A stretch of 64,000 nt of DNA. Origin: an uncultured bacterium (lineage in GTDB: Bacteria > Fidelibacterota > Marinisomatia > Marinisomatales > JACNKV01). Below the pieces are notes generated by a model that saw only the letters and a program-made list of their open reading frames with translations, made no database searches and was not told the DNA's origin. Where the stretch lies: assembly GCA_964645915.1 (NCBI GenBank), contig CAZYDH010000001.1, forward strand, positions 76,573 to 140,572, written 5' to 3'. Below, piece by piece: positions 29,994 to 41,070 of this stretch. Made by a program: the position numbers and the translations under genes. The stretch's first letter is position 1. The number at the start of each line of letters is the position of its first letter.

Positions 29994-30693
29994 TTAATGA
30001 AACCATTTGTGCATTAATATAGATCTCTACGCGACGATTTTCTTCAAGGTTATCTTGATCGCGCAATGGATGAAAAGGACCATACCCGGCAATTGAAAAT
30101 AGGTGATATGGTAGCTGTAGTTTCTCTTGTAACAACGCCATTACATTGCCTGCGCGCGCAATGCTTAATTCCCAATTATCTTTAAATCGCGTGTTGTTAA
30201 TTGTTCTGCGATCTGTATGCCCTTCAATGACAATATCCACTCTAATATCTTTGTTGATACTGTTTAGATATTGAATTTCTTGAGAATATCGAGAAGGTAT
30301 TTGTTCTAACCTCAGCGTGTGAATAACTTCTACAACAGAATTGATATAAGGCTCAAAGTCAGTTTTAATAATATCATCCCCAGAGTCAAACATGGAAACA
30401 TTTTTGGAATTAATCGAGGCATCTACAATTGTAGAGGGAATAAGAAGCTTGACACCTTTTGTTCCCGTGTTTTCAACATGAAGCCAGTTTAGTTCTTTTT
30501 GGTGTTTTTCATACAGAACACGTATATATATATTATTTTTTAATAGATCAGCAACGCGAAATTTAGATTCTACAGCTTCTTCAGCTTTAAAAACGAAAAA
30601 GATGAAAAAAGCCAACAGAGCTGTAATCAGCGAAGCGTAAGTTAGCATCCACCGATGGTTTTTAGATGATCCGCTAGACTTGTTTTTTATCAT
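29977..30693 (-). CDS. MotB/OmpA-family stator-like protein (TM aspartate replaced by serine)
   Basis: 238 aa. The N-terminal TM WMLTYASLITALLAFFIFF has Ser21 (TCG, 30631-30633) at the Asp position. The OmpA-like motif is NWELSIARAGNVMALL...ENRRVEIYI. A 4-nt overlap links it to the MotA-like gene. Confidence 0.8.
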   Translation of the reverse strand: MIKNKSSGSSKNHRWMLTYASLITALLAFFIFFVFKAEEAVESKFRVADLLKNNIYIRVLYEKHQKELNWLHVENTGTKGVKLLIPSTIVDASINSKNVSMFDSGDDIIKTDFEPYINSVVEVIHTLRLEQIPSRYSQEIQYLNSINKDIRVDIVIEGHTDRRTINNTRFKDNWELSIARAGNVMALLQEKLQLPYHLFSIAGYGPFHPLRDQDNLEENRRVEIYINAQMVSLNGNNN

Positions 30694-31514
30694 GATATAT
30701 TTCTAAAAACATCCCTGGAGTCTTTATCGATAAATGTGATTAATTTTTCTTGAATCATCATCCAATGTTCTTTTTGATGAAGACCAATAATTCCAGTCTT
30801 TATCATTTCACAGACATGAACTTCTTCGTTTGTGTGATTTTGTAGTTTGCCCGCAATTGGAATAAAAAACAAATTAGAGAGTAGGACTCCGTAAAATGTT
30901 GTGACCAATGCAATTCCCATATTTTTTAATAAACCTTGAAGAGGATCACTGAACTGATTTGCAAAATCTGAAACAGAACTACTTGTTGCTTCACCGTGCA
31001 TCATCAAAATGAGCCCCATAACCGTTCCCAGAAGACCAAAAGCAGGAGCATAGGAACCCATATTAAAAAACAATTCATGTCCAGATTGATGGCGTTTGAT
31101 AAGATTTTGTAGTTCGTTATCTAAGAATTTTTCCAGACGAACTTTATCTTTTTCAATAATTGCGTATTCTAACCCGGTTTGCATATATTGTTCTTCGAGG
31201 CTTGGTAATTCTTTTTCAAGCTCTGCTAATCCTTTTTTTCTGGCCAACTTACTTAAATCAACAAAACGGTGAATTAAAGATATCGGATCTTGTTGGTTTT
31301 TTCCTAAAAAGGCATTCCCTGCAATTTTGAATAGCTGAGCAACTTGAGAAAGTTGATAGTTCACAAGTGTTGCGGCAAAGGTGCCGCCTAAGACAATGGC
31401 TAATCCTTGTAATTGGAAAAATGTTGAAGGAACACCGCCCGTGGCACTGTCGAACATTCCAAAGCCGATTAAAAACAGTCCAGCAATTAATCCAAAAATA
31501 GTTGATAGATCCAT
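30690..31514 (-). CDS. MotA/PomA-type proton (ion) channel protein
   Basis: 274 aa with four TM helices. The conserved segments are YAPAFGLLGTVMGLI and TTFYGVLLSNLFFIPIAGKL, with both signature prolines present. Confidence 0.85.
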   Translation of the reverse strand: MDLSTIFGLIAGLFLIGFGMFDSATGGVPSTFFQLQGLAIVLGGTFAATLVNYQLSQVAQLFKIAGNAFLGKNQQDPISLIHRFVDLSKLARKKGLAELEKELPSLEEQYMQTGLEYAIIEKDKVRLEKFLDNELQNLIKRHQSGHELFFNMGSYAPAFGLLGTVMGLILMMHGEATSSSVSDFANQFSDPLQGLLKNMGIALVTTFYGVLLSNLFFIPIAGKLQNHTNEEVHVCEMIKTGIIGLHQKEHWMMIQEKLITFIDKDSRDVFRNIS

Positions 31515-31534
31515 TTGTTTTCCCTCTTATTTAT

Positions 31535-32353
31535 TTAGTTCTTTGTGTTCTTTTTGGATAATATCGTATTAACGGATTGAAAAATTGATTTTTCTTTTTC
31601 CGAAAGATTGTCGTATCCAATTTGATTAATTTTGTTTAAAAGACGTAAAAGAGTTTTTTCACGATCAATAGAGGCTTGATCTTTCTTTTCACTCCATTGA
31701 TGTTTCAATCCGAGTATAAATTTTCTAAATGAAAAAGAAGTCTTTTTCCATTTCCAATTTGATTTTAAATAAAAATATCCAATGATCATACCGGACAAAT
31801 GAGTTAAGTGGCTGATGTTAGAATTAGAGCCCCAGGATGAATAGAGAGCAAGAAGCCCAATAAACAGCACAAACCATTTGACCTTAATTGGGATCACAAA
31901 ATATAATAAAACCGTTCGATTGGGGAAGATTAAACCATACGCTAAAAGTATACCATATATTGCTCCACTGGCACCGATCAAAATCAAATGAGAATTTGAA
32001 AGATTAAAGAGGAGCCAAACGAGACCGGACCCGACACCGGTTATGAAATAATATTTGATAAACTGGTTCTTTCCCCAAATGGATTCTAATTCAGAACCAA
32101 ACATCCATAAGATTAACATGTTGATCGCAAGATGCCAAATATTCCCATGGATAAACATATAAGATACGGGTTGCCATAACATGGGAAGAACTGCTCTGGG
32201 AGAAAGTCCGAATTTCGAAGAAAAATCCAAAGATAAAAGAATATCGAAAAGAAAAAGAACAGCATTTATTCCAATGAGGATCTTTATTGCTTCAGGAAAA
32301 TATTTAGGTTTCCATGAAAATTGTCCGTGTTGGGACTGGAATTGATATCTCAT
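31535..32353 (-). CDS. rhomboid family intramembrane serine protease
   Basis: 272 aa. Motifs FIHGNIWHLAINM, the catalytic GASGAIYG, and the histidine helix HLTHLSGMIIGYF. There is a C-terminal cytoplasmic extension. Confidence 0.85.
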   Translation of the reverse strand: MRYQFQSQHGQFSWKPKYFPEAIKILIGINAVLFLFDILLSLDFSSKFGLSPRAVLPMLWQPVSYMFIHGNIWHLAINMLILWMFGSELESIWGKNQFIKYYFITGVGSGLVWLLFNLSNSHLILIGASGAIYGILLAYGLIFPNRTVLLYFVIPIKVKWFVLFIGLLALYSSWGSNSNISHLTHLSGMIIGYFYLKSNWKWKKTSFSFRKFILGLKHQWSEKKDQASIDREKTLLRLLNKINQIGYDNLSEKEKSIFQSVNTILSKKNTKN

Positions 32354-33211
32354 TTAGTTTTCGTACAAAACGGAACGAACGCGAAGACGGTTCTTAGGAT
32401 TTAGCAAAGGAGTCATACGACTGGGGGGAGCTTCCGGAACGGTTAATTGTGGCATTTTAAAGATTCTTACTTTCAAGTCGGGTGCATGCTGAAGATTGTA
32501 AGCAATATTAACAAAAAGATCGAAAGGAAAAACTCCTTTGATCTTAGTGAATCCGTACCGATTTAATCCGTCACGAATGATCGTGCTGCAACTACGGGTA
32601 AGAAAATTAAAATCTCTATATTTTTCAGGAGCTTTTTTACTGGGTACACATGCATGGATTGTTTTTAACTCTTCATGATAAATATCAGAAAGTTTTTTTG
32701 TGTCAACCCCTTCAATTCTAATCACATGGATTGTTCTCATAAAATTGCGGCCGAATTTGTCAAAAAAGGCTCGTCCGTCATCAAGAATTTCAAACATATC
32801 ATTATTTGGAGATGGTGCAAATTCACCTAATGCGGGGCGATAAAAATATTCTTCTTTCACCATGACTTCATTTTCATTGATTAAATGTGAAAAATTAAAT
32901 ATTTCTCCATTAACATTGATCGCATTGTGTCCGAATGTTGATGCAATATATTTTACCAGACTTTCATTATAATAAAACTCGACAAATGGAGTGCTTACCG
33001 GGGGATCATCTGGCCAGACAATTATAATGGGTGCTCCCGTTTCATAATCTTTTTGGGGCAGATGTCTGGCACAGACTTTTTTATTAAGCCAATGAACACA
33101 ATATCCATCCCAAATATTTTCACCTTCAAAATGTCGGGTTCCGCTTTCATCTAACAGGAAGGTAGAGCTGTTGGATTGAGTAAGAACTCCCTTAACGGTT
33201 TTATTTATCAT
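32354..33211 (-). CDS. cytoplasmic protein of unknown function with His...Cys motif pair (possible PPPDE/DUF4105-like thiol hydrolase)
   Basis: 285 aa with no signal peptide. FGHNAINVNGEIFNFS and, downstream, FNFLTRSCSTIIRDGL resemble the His-then-Cys arrangement of permuted papain-like folds. The stop abuts the rhomboid start and the start overlaps the recO stop. Confidence 0.35.
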   Translation of the reverse strand: MINKTVKGVLTQSNSSTFLLDESGTRHFEGENIWDGYCVHWLNKKVCARHLPQKDYETGAPIIIVWPDDPPVSTPFVEFYYNESLVKYIASTFGHNAINVNGEIFNFSHLINENEVMVKEEYFYRPALGEFAPSPNNDMFEILDDGRAFFDKFGRNFMRTIHVIRIEGVDTKKLSDIYHEELKTIHACVPSKKAPEKYRDFNFLTRSCSTIIRDGLNRYGFTKIKGVFPFDLFVNIAYNLQHAPDLKVRIFKMPQLTVPEAPPSRMTPLLNPKNRLRVRSVLYEN

Positions 33212-33894
33212 GAAAAAATTTTCTTAATTACTTCTAATGATTTCAAGGATTTAATTCCCTCAAAATGATAATGAATTTGCGTTAAAAGATATTGGCTTAC
33301 AATCGTCTTATCTATGGGTTTTATATCTAATTCGGGTAAGGATTCTAAAGAATGTTTTTGCAGAGTGGATAAAATATTCAAGCTGGACGGATGATTTTGC
33401 ATAACAGGAAGATTTATTCCCGGAAGATCATCGGTAGAAAGATCCGGTTTAAATCCTAAAAGAGTCAGTAGTTTCATTTCATAATACCAATATAGAACAT
33501 TGGCTGGATGTGATTTTATATCTAAGGCACGAATACAATTGATCAGCTCATCAAATAATTCCGGATGTGGATCGTGATCAGTGATGGCTTTTTCTGTTAA
33601 CTCAATAATTGCTAATGCTATTGATACAGTTTTTAGATCTGTCTGTAAATTAAGCCAAGGTTCTAAAAAAGATGCCTTTGAGATGGTTTGAAGTTCTCGA
33701 GATTGTTTATAATAGAAAATGACATCTAAATAACTTAAGTGTTGAAAGTAAGCTCCCATCGGATTTTTTTTTCGGCGAGCGCCACGAACTATCACGCTGA
33801 TTTTACCCAAATCCCGTGTTAGACATCGGGCAATTAAACTGGTATCCCCGTATGGAAAGCTTTTTAATACAATCGCAGGAGATTGAACGATCAT
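33208..33894 (-). CDS. recO: DNA repair protein RecO
   Basis: 228 aa. The N-terminal OB-fold signature is AIVLKSFPYGDTSLIARCLTRDLGKISVIVRGARR, followed by a helical C-terminal domain. Confidence 0.8.
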   Translation of the reverse strand: MIVQSPAIVLKSFPYGDTSLIARCLTRDLGKISVIVRGARRKKNPMGAYFQHLSYLDVIFYYKQSRELQTISKASFLEPWLNLQTDLKTVSIALAIIELTEKAITDHDPHPELFDELINCIRALDIKSHPANVLYWYYEMKLLTLLGFKPDLSTDDLPGINLPVMQNHPSSLNILSTLQKHSLESLPELDIKPIDKTIVSQYLLTQIHYHFEGIKSLKSLEVIKKIFS

Positions 33895-33906
33895 AATAAA
33901 ATTGGT

Positions 33907-35385
33907 TTAATAGGCTTTGGCGAAAACAACCTCATGCTTCGCTGGTTTTCCGGAGTAGATACATGTTAAGCCGGAGGGTTCTTCATCAAATGGGATAACG
34001 CGGATCGTAGCTTTTGTTTCTTCTTTGATTGCATTTTCGGTTTCTGTTGTTCCATCCCAGCCACACCGAATGAAACCACCCTGGTTGTTAATAATCTCTT
34101 TGAACTCTTCGTATGATGAAACTGTGTGAGTGTTTTCTGTTCTGAAATCTTTTGCCTGTTTTAATAGTCCGGATTGAATATCATCCAACATGTCAGATAG
34201 CAGATTAGGTACTGCATTTATTGCAACGAATGTTTTTTCTCCGGTATCTCTGCGAGCAACAACCACTAGTCCATTGTTCATGTCTCGTTGACCGACCTCT
34301 AAACGGATTGGGACACCTTTTAATTCCCATTCATTAAATTTGAATCCCGGAGATGCATCTGACCAGTCAATTTTTATTCGAATGCCTAAAGACTTAATTT
34401 CTGACAACGTTGATTTGAGATATTCTTCTACTTTTTTCCGATCTTCATCAGTTCGCGTGATTGGAATAATAACAACTTGTATAGGAGCAATTTTAGGAGG
34501 AAGGCGTAGACCCTTGTCATCTCCGTGCGTCATAATAACAGCTCCGACAAGTCGAGTGGTGACTCCCCAACTTGTGGCATAGACGAACTCTTCTTTGTTG
34601 TCTTTTGTTTGAAATGTTACATCAAAAGCTTTTGCAAAATTCTGTCCAAGATCATGAGAAGTGCCGGCTTGCAAAGCGCGTTTATCTCCCATCATTGCTT
34701 CAATACAATAAGTTTGTTCCGCACCTGCAAATTTTTCAGATTCTGATTTTGTCCCGGTTAGAACCGGAACTGCCAGATAATCTTCCGCAAGCTGGCAATA
34801 AACTTCTAACATTTTTAAGGCTTCTTCTTTTGCTTCGTCAGCACTGGCATGTGCCGTATGTCCTTCTTGCCATAAAAATTCGGTTGTCCGCAAAAATAAG
34901 CGAGTACGCATTTCCCATCGAACGACATTTGCCCATTGGTTAATTAATAAAGGAAGGTCCCTGTAAGAATTAATCCACTTTTTATACATAGACCAAATGA
35001 TAGTTTCGCTTGTTGGGCGAACGATGAGTTCTTCTTCTAGTTTAGATGAGGGATCAACTTCTACACCTTTTCCATCTTCTGTTGTACGAAGACGATGATG
35101 TGTTACAACGGCACATTCTTTTGCAAAACCTTCTACATGTTCAGCTTCTTTAGAAAGGAAAGATTTCGGAATGAATAATGGAAAGTACGCATTAACATGT
35201 CCCGTGTCTTTAATCATGGTATCCAAAGCATCTCGTAAGTGCTCCCATAAAGCAAACCCATATGGACGGATGACCATTGATCCGCGAACAGGGCTGTAAT
35301 CAGCTAGTTTCGCCTTAACAACAATATCAGTATACCAAGCGGCATAATCCTGTTTCTGTGATGTAATTCCTTTTGACATTAACAA
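33907..35385 (-). CDS. proS: proline--tRNA ligase (archaeal/eukaryote-like type)
   Basis: About 490 aa. Class II motifs ([32 protein letters not shown]-like, [14 protein letters not shown]) and a C-terminal zinc-type domain ending KAY. Confidence 0.9.
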   Translation of the reverse strand: MLMSKGITSQKQDYAAWYTDIVVKAKLADYSPVRGSMVIRPYGFALWEHLRDALDTMIKDTGHVNAYFPLFIPKSFLSKEAEHVEGFAKECAVVTHHRLRTTEDGKGVEVDPSSKLEEELIVRPTSETIIWSMYKKWINSYRDLPLLINQWANVVRWEMRTRLFLRTTEFLWQEGHTAHASADEAKEEALKMLEVYCQLAEDYLAVPVLTGTKSESEKFAGAEQTYCIEAMMGDKRALQAGTSHDLGQNFAKAFDVTFQTKDNKEEFVYATSWGVTTRLVGAVIMTHGDDKGLRLPPKIAPIQVVIIPITRTDEDRKKVEEYLKSTLSEIKSLGIRIKIDWSDASPGFKFNEWELKGVPIRLEVGQRDMNNGLVVVARRDTGEKTFVAINAVPNLLSDMLDDIQSGLLKQAKDFRTENTHTVSSYEEFKEIINNQGGFIRCGWDGTTETENAIKEETKATIRVIPFDEEPSGLTCIYSGKPAKHEVVFAKAY

Positions 35386-35412
35386 CCTATGTATTTATGT
35401 GTAATTGTGGAG

Positions 35413-37061
<1,649 letters not shown>

Positions 37062-37299
37062 CTATAAAATTAGGGTAGAAAATTAGAGAGTCTTTTTCGG
37101 AGTTACAAACAGGTTTCATGATAGATGTTTTCACAGCTAATTTCTTTGGCTGTACAATGATGAGCATTCAAAGAGATAAGAATCTTAAGCAGAAGTAAAG
37201 ATGACATGTCTGTTACAATAGAAACATCGGAACTTAACCATCGTTTTGAAAGTTTCTTTAGCACATTACAACAATTTTAAAACAATAGTTTGAGTAAAT

Positions 37300-38289
37300 A
37301 TGAACATCAATATTTTCAAATACACAAGTAATGATAAACAAGATTGGGATCGTTTTGTTCAAAACTCAAACAACGGAACACTCTTTCACTTGCGGAACTT
37401 CTTATCCTATCATATTGATCGTGTTTTTCCGGACCATTCGCTAATGTGTAAAAAAGGTGAAAAAATTGTTGCGGTATTTCCCGGGTCGATCGTTGAGGAA
37501 GATGGAAAAAAAGTTTTATTTTCTCATCCAGGAGCAAGTTATGGTGGGTTTATTATAAACGATCCTTCTTTTGCTTTGGCGTCGCAAATTCTTGAACAAT
37601 TCCAAAAATATTGTGAAAAAGAAAATATCCATGAAGTAGCCTTAATTCCACCACCATGGATTTATCATTCTTTGCAAAACGAGTCATTTGAATACGCGAT
37701 GTTGTGGAATCAATATATCACAGATGAAATTTATATATCCAGTGTGATTCCATTGATAGAAGATGAAAAAACACTCATCGATAATGTGTGTAAGTTGAAA
37801 CATCGGTCGAAGAAATATTTTGATAAAATCATTCAGGATTTTGGAATTACAACTGAATGGAATAATAATTTTGAGGAATTTTATCCGATTCTGTTAAAGA
37901 ACAAACAGAGACATCAATCCAAGCCAACACATTCATTACAAGAATTAAAAGTATTAGATAAAGCCCTCCCAAACCATCTCCACCTTTTGATGATGTACTC
38001 AAATGGAAAGCCGATTGGAGGAACGTTAATATTTATGGCAAATGAAAAGGTTGCGATCATTTTCTATAATATGATTGATTACGATTATATTGGAGCCCAA
38101 CCCGCAACACTTCAGATAATGGAAACAATAAAATGGGCGAAAAAAAGAGGATTTTCATATTTAGATTTTGGAGTATCTCAAAACCCAACAGCTGAAAACC
38201 CCTTAACACCGGCTCCTTCACTTATTCGATTCAAAGAGGAGTTCGGATCTCTTGGGATGATTAGAAAAGTGTTTCGAAAAACTTTTTAA
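37300..38289 (+). CDS. FemAB-like / GNAT-fold acyltransferase
   Basis: 329 aa. The C-terminal half (GKPIGGTLIFMANEKVAIIFYNMIDYDYIGAQPATLQIMETIKWAKKRGFSYLDFG) resembles FemAB/Acetyltransf_6-type peptide or acyl transferases. It is the first gene of the glycan cluster. Confidence 0.55.
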   Translation: MNINIFKYTSNDKQDWDRFVQNSNNGTLFHLRNFLSYHIDRVFPDHSLMCKKGEKIVAVFPGSIVEEDGKKVLFSHPGASYGGFIINDPSFALASQILEQFQKYCEKENIHEVALIPPPWIYHSLQNESFEYAMLWNQYITDEIYISSVIPLIEDEKTLIDNVCKLKHRSKKYFDKIIQDFGITTEWNNNFEEFYPILLKNKQRHQSKPTHSLQELKVLDKALPNHLHLLMMYSNGKPIGGTLIFMANEKVAIIFYNMIDYDYIGAQPATLQIMETIKWAKKRGFSYLDFGVSQNPTAENPLTPAPSLIRFKEEFGSLGMIRKVFRKTF

Positions 38290-38317
38290 CACTATGCAGT
38301 TGTAAAAAGGAAAACAG

Positions 38318-39760
38318 TTGCTAATTAAATCATTAGGGAAGCACGCATTGATCTACGGTGCCGGGCATATTCTTGCTCGATTGGTGTCTTTTTTGCTATT
38401 ACCTCTATATACGAACGTGTTTTCTCCGGAAGAATATGGTGTTGTATCGTTAGGTTATGCGTTTCTCGGATTTATGGGAGTCGTCCTTCATTATGGATTA
38501 GATGCCTCTTTAATGAAACATTATGTCCCCGCAGATCAAAATAACCGAAAATCATTTTTAACAAATACATATATATCATATATAATTACTTCAATAATTG
38601 CCGCTGGGATTATCATTGTTTTTCGATCGACCTTAGCGCCCGTGATATTAGGAAGTAATTATGTAAAATTCTTACCGTATTTAGCAGGTATTTTATTACT
38701 GGATATCTTGTGGTCCGTTCCAATGCTGATTCTCCGATCAGAAGAAAAACCCTATTATTTTATTATGTTAAGTCTAACGAATGTTGGGCTGTCGTTGTCC
38801 TTGAATTTGTACTTTGTGCTGTCATTAAAAATGGGGATTGGAGGTGTTTTTCTAAGCAATCTTTTTACGTCCGGTGTGTTATTGTTATTGACATCTCCAT
38901 TCTTATTTTCTCGTATTTCATTCAAAATGATTTCCTTTTCCGTCTGGAAAAAGTTAATGAGATTTGGGTGGCCTTTTTTATTGTCAGGGATGTTTGCAAT
39001 GATGATGGAATTAGCGGACAGATATATTTTAAGCTGGATGACAGACGTTGGAACAGTTGGGTTCTATAGTGCTGGATATAAATTAGGAATGTTCATGTTA
39101 CTCGTGGTTATGGGCTTTAACATGGGATGGCAGCCGTTTTTTCTTAAAGACGGAGATTGGGAAGAAAAGAAAAAACTATTCAGTAGAATCACATCTTATG
39201 TACTTTGGGCAATGGGATTGATTTGGGTAACATTGGTCCTTTGGGTTGATGTTTTAATACAGCTGGATTTAGGCGGTTTTACATTTTATGGTCCTGAGTA
39301 CTGGTCTTCAACCTCTATCGTGTTTTGGATTGCTCTGGGATACTTATTTGATGCGATGTACTTGTTGCAGCTTCCGGGTCCGTTTTTAACAAATAAATCA
39401 GGAATTATTGCTTGGTCGCGCGCTGTTGGTGCAGTTATCAATATCGGGTTAAATATTCTTCTCATCCCGATTTATGGAGCGCTGGGCGCTGCACTTGCTA
39501 CGTGTATCTCTTTTGGAGCAATGGCCATATTCCTTTTTGTTATAAATCGTAAAATATATCCTATTCAATACGAATGGGGAAAACTAATCCGAATCAGCTT
39601 AGTGCTTTGCATTATTGGGTTAATTATAACGAATTATAGTTTATCGCTGAGTGAAAAATTATTTATTACTCTCCTGTTCCCGGGATTGACAATATTAACC
39701 GGATTTTTTACAAAAGGAGAAATTGAGAAGATCAAAAAAATCTTTAGATCAAATCGGTAA
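38318..39760 (+). CDS. polysaccharide/oligosaccharide flippase (Wzx/MOP family)
   Basis: 480 aa with a TTG start and 12-14 TM helices. The N-terminus is GAGHILARLVSFLLLPLYTNVFSPEEYGVVS. Confidence 0.8.
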   Translation: MLIKSLGKHALIYGAGHILARLVSFLLLPLYTNVFSPEEYGVVSLGYAFLGFMGVVLHYGLDASLMKHYVPADQNNRKSFLTNTYISYIITSIIAAGIIIVFRSTLAPVILGSNYVKFLPYLAGILLLDILWSVPMLILRSEEKPYYFIMLSLTNVGLSLSLNLYFVLSLKMGIGGVFLSNLFTSGVLLLLTSPFLFSRISFKMISFSVWKKLMRFGWPFLLSGMFAMMMELADRYILSWMTDVGTVGFYSAGYKLGMFMLLVVMGFNMGWQPFFLKDGDWEEKKKLFSRITSYVLWAMGLIWVTLVLWVDVLIQLDLGGFTFYGPEYWSSTSIVFWIALGYLFDAMYLLQLPGPFLTNKSGIIAWSRAVGAVINIGLNILLIPIYGALGAALATCISFGAMAIFLFVINRKIYPIQYEWGKLIRISLVLCIIGLIITNYSLSLSEKLFITLLFPGLTILTGFFTKGEIEKIKKIFRSNR

Positions 39761-40898
39761 ATATTGATTGTACGTGATCTGTGTAAATTTGATCTCCATA
39801 ATTTTTTTCAACGAATCGTCGAATGTCTTTTCCACTGTAATTTTTATAATTCATTATCAAGCTTATCATTCCGCCTGCAAGAGCTTGAATATTGTTTTTT
39901 TGAACAAGAACACCTGTTGTTGAATTGATATAATCAGAAGGCCCTCCGCAATCGGTTGCAACAACGGGCAGTCCGCATGCCATTGCTTCAATGGGCGCTA
40001 CACCAAATGTTTCTATGTCGCTGGAAAGCACAAGCGCATCGCTCTTTTGAAGTTGTCGGGCGATTAAATTCTTTTCTAAGTAACCCTTTAAGGTAACAGA
40101 CGAAGATAGGTTCAGCTTTCGAATTTGCTGATGAACTTTGTTTCTTAAAGGACCGTCCCCAACGATGACCAGATGAGAGTTTGGATGTTTGTTGTTAACC
40201 AAAGAAAAAGCATTCAACAATAAGACCAATCGTTTTTCAGGACGGAATAATCCAATGTAAATGAAATGAAATGGATTAGGTTGGTCAGATAGAATTTTCA
40301 GTTCAAATGATTGAATGTCTGCAGGATTGGGTATGACTTTGAGTTTGCTGTGAACATTTGGGAACTGGCGGAGGATGTTGTCCTTCAAAGCAGAACTGGT
40401 TGCAACCACACTCAACGCTTTTTCATAAGTTTGAGCAATCTTTTTCTTTTGAAAATTGGACAAACCGTTTTTATACATAAATCCCATTAAGTGTTCTGAT
40501 ACAGCGAACGGGATATTCATCTTATCCAGTAATGAGAATAATGCAGCTCCAGCCCAAAGAGATGAGTGAATATAAACAGCATCGGGTTCTCCGATTTTTT
40601 CAATCGCCTGTTGGAACAACGATATTGTTGCTTTTTGATAAGCTTTGAAAGACAAAGATTCACATTTTGGAAATTTATTAATAGTCTCTTTTTGCACAAG
40701 AGACATATTTCCGTCTTTTTCCCATCTTATGCCATCGGATTTAAATTGGAAGAGATTCCACAGAGAATGTTGAATGGGGGAGATGACAGTGATATTTATT
40801 CCGTTGCGAGAAAGGATTTGTGCTTGTTCTCGAAAAAATGTCCCGCTTTCCGGGTGAATTTTTGTAGGATACCAAGAAGGTATAACAAATAGATTCAT
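39744..40898 (-). CDS. glycosyltransferase family 4 (GT-B)
   Basis: The ORF track begins at a TTG (40946), but the ATG at 40898 gives the typical N-terminus MNLFVIPSWYP. The C-terminal domain has LVLSSDIETFGVAPIEAMACGLPVVATDCGG (E-x7-E region). Confidence 0.85.
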   Translation of the reverse strand: MNLFVIPSWYPTKIHPESGTFFREQAQILSRNGINITVISPIQHSLWNLFQFKSDGIRWEKDGNMSLVQKETINKFPKCESLSFKAYQKATISLFQQAIEKIGEPDAVYIHSSLWAGAALFSLLDKMNIPFAVSEHLMGFMYKNGLSNFQKKKIAQTYEKALSVVATSSALKDNILRQFPNVHSKLKVIPNPADIQSFELKILSDQPNPFHFIYIGLFRPEKRLVLLLNAFSLVNNKHPNSHLVIVGDGPLRNKVHQQIRKLNLSSSVTLKGYLEKNLIARQLQKSDALVLSSDIETFGVAPIEAMACGLPVVATDCGGPSDYINSTTGVLVQKNNIQALAGGMISLIMNYKNYSGKDIRRFVEKNYGDQIYTDHVQSIFTDLI

Positions 40899-41070
40899 AA
40901 AAGAATAATATGTTTTAAATTCATCGTTATTGAAGTCTGAAAACAATTCGTTTTCAATTTATCTATGAAATAAATAGAGCCATTAATAGGATCACACGAA
41001 ACCAAACCCCCTATTTTATTTAGGTAAGTTTAATCATGAACATGTGGAGGATTAAATAAAAATTTCAACC

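Noticed and set aside
29295-31514. Zorya-type (ZorAB) anti-phage defence module
   Set aside because: The MotA-like protein is only 274 aa and lacks the long C-terminal tail of ZorA. No ZorC/D/E-like helicase or nuclease genes are nearby. The flanks are housekeeping genes on the same strand.
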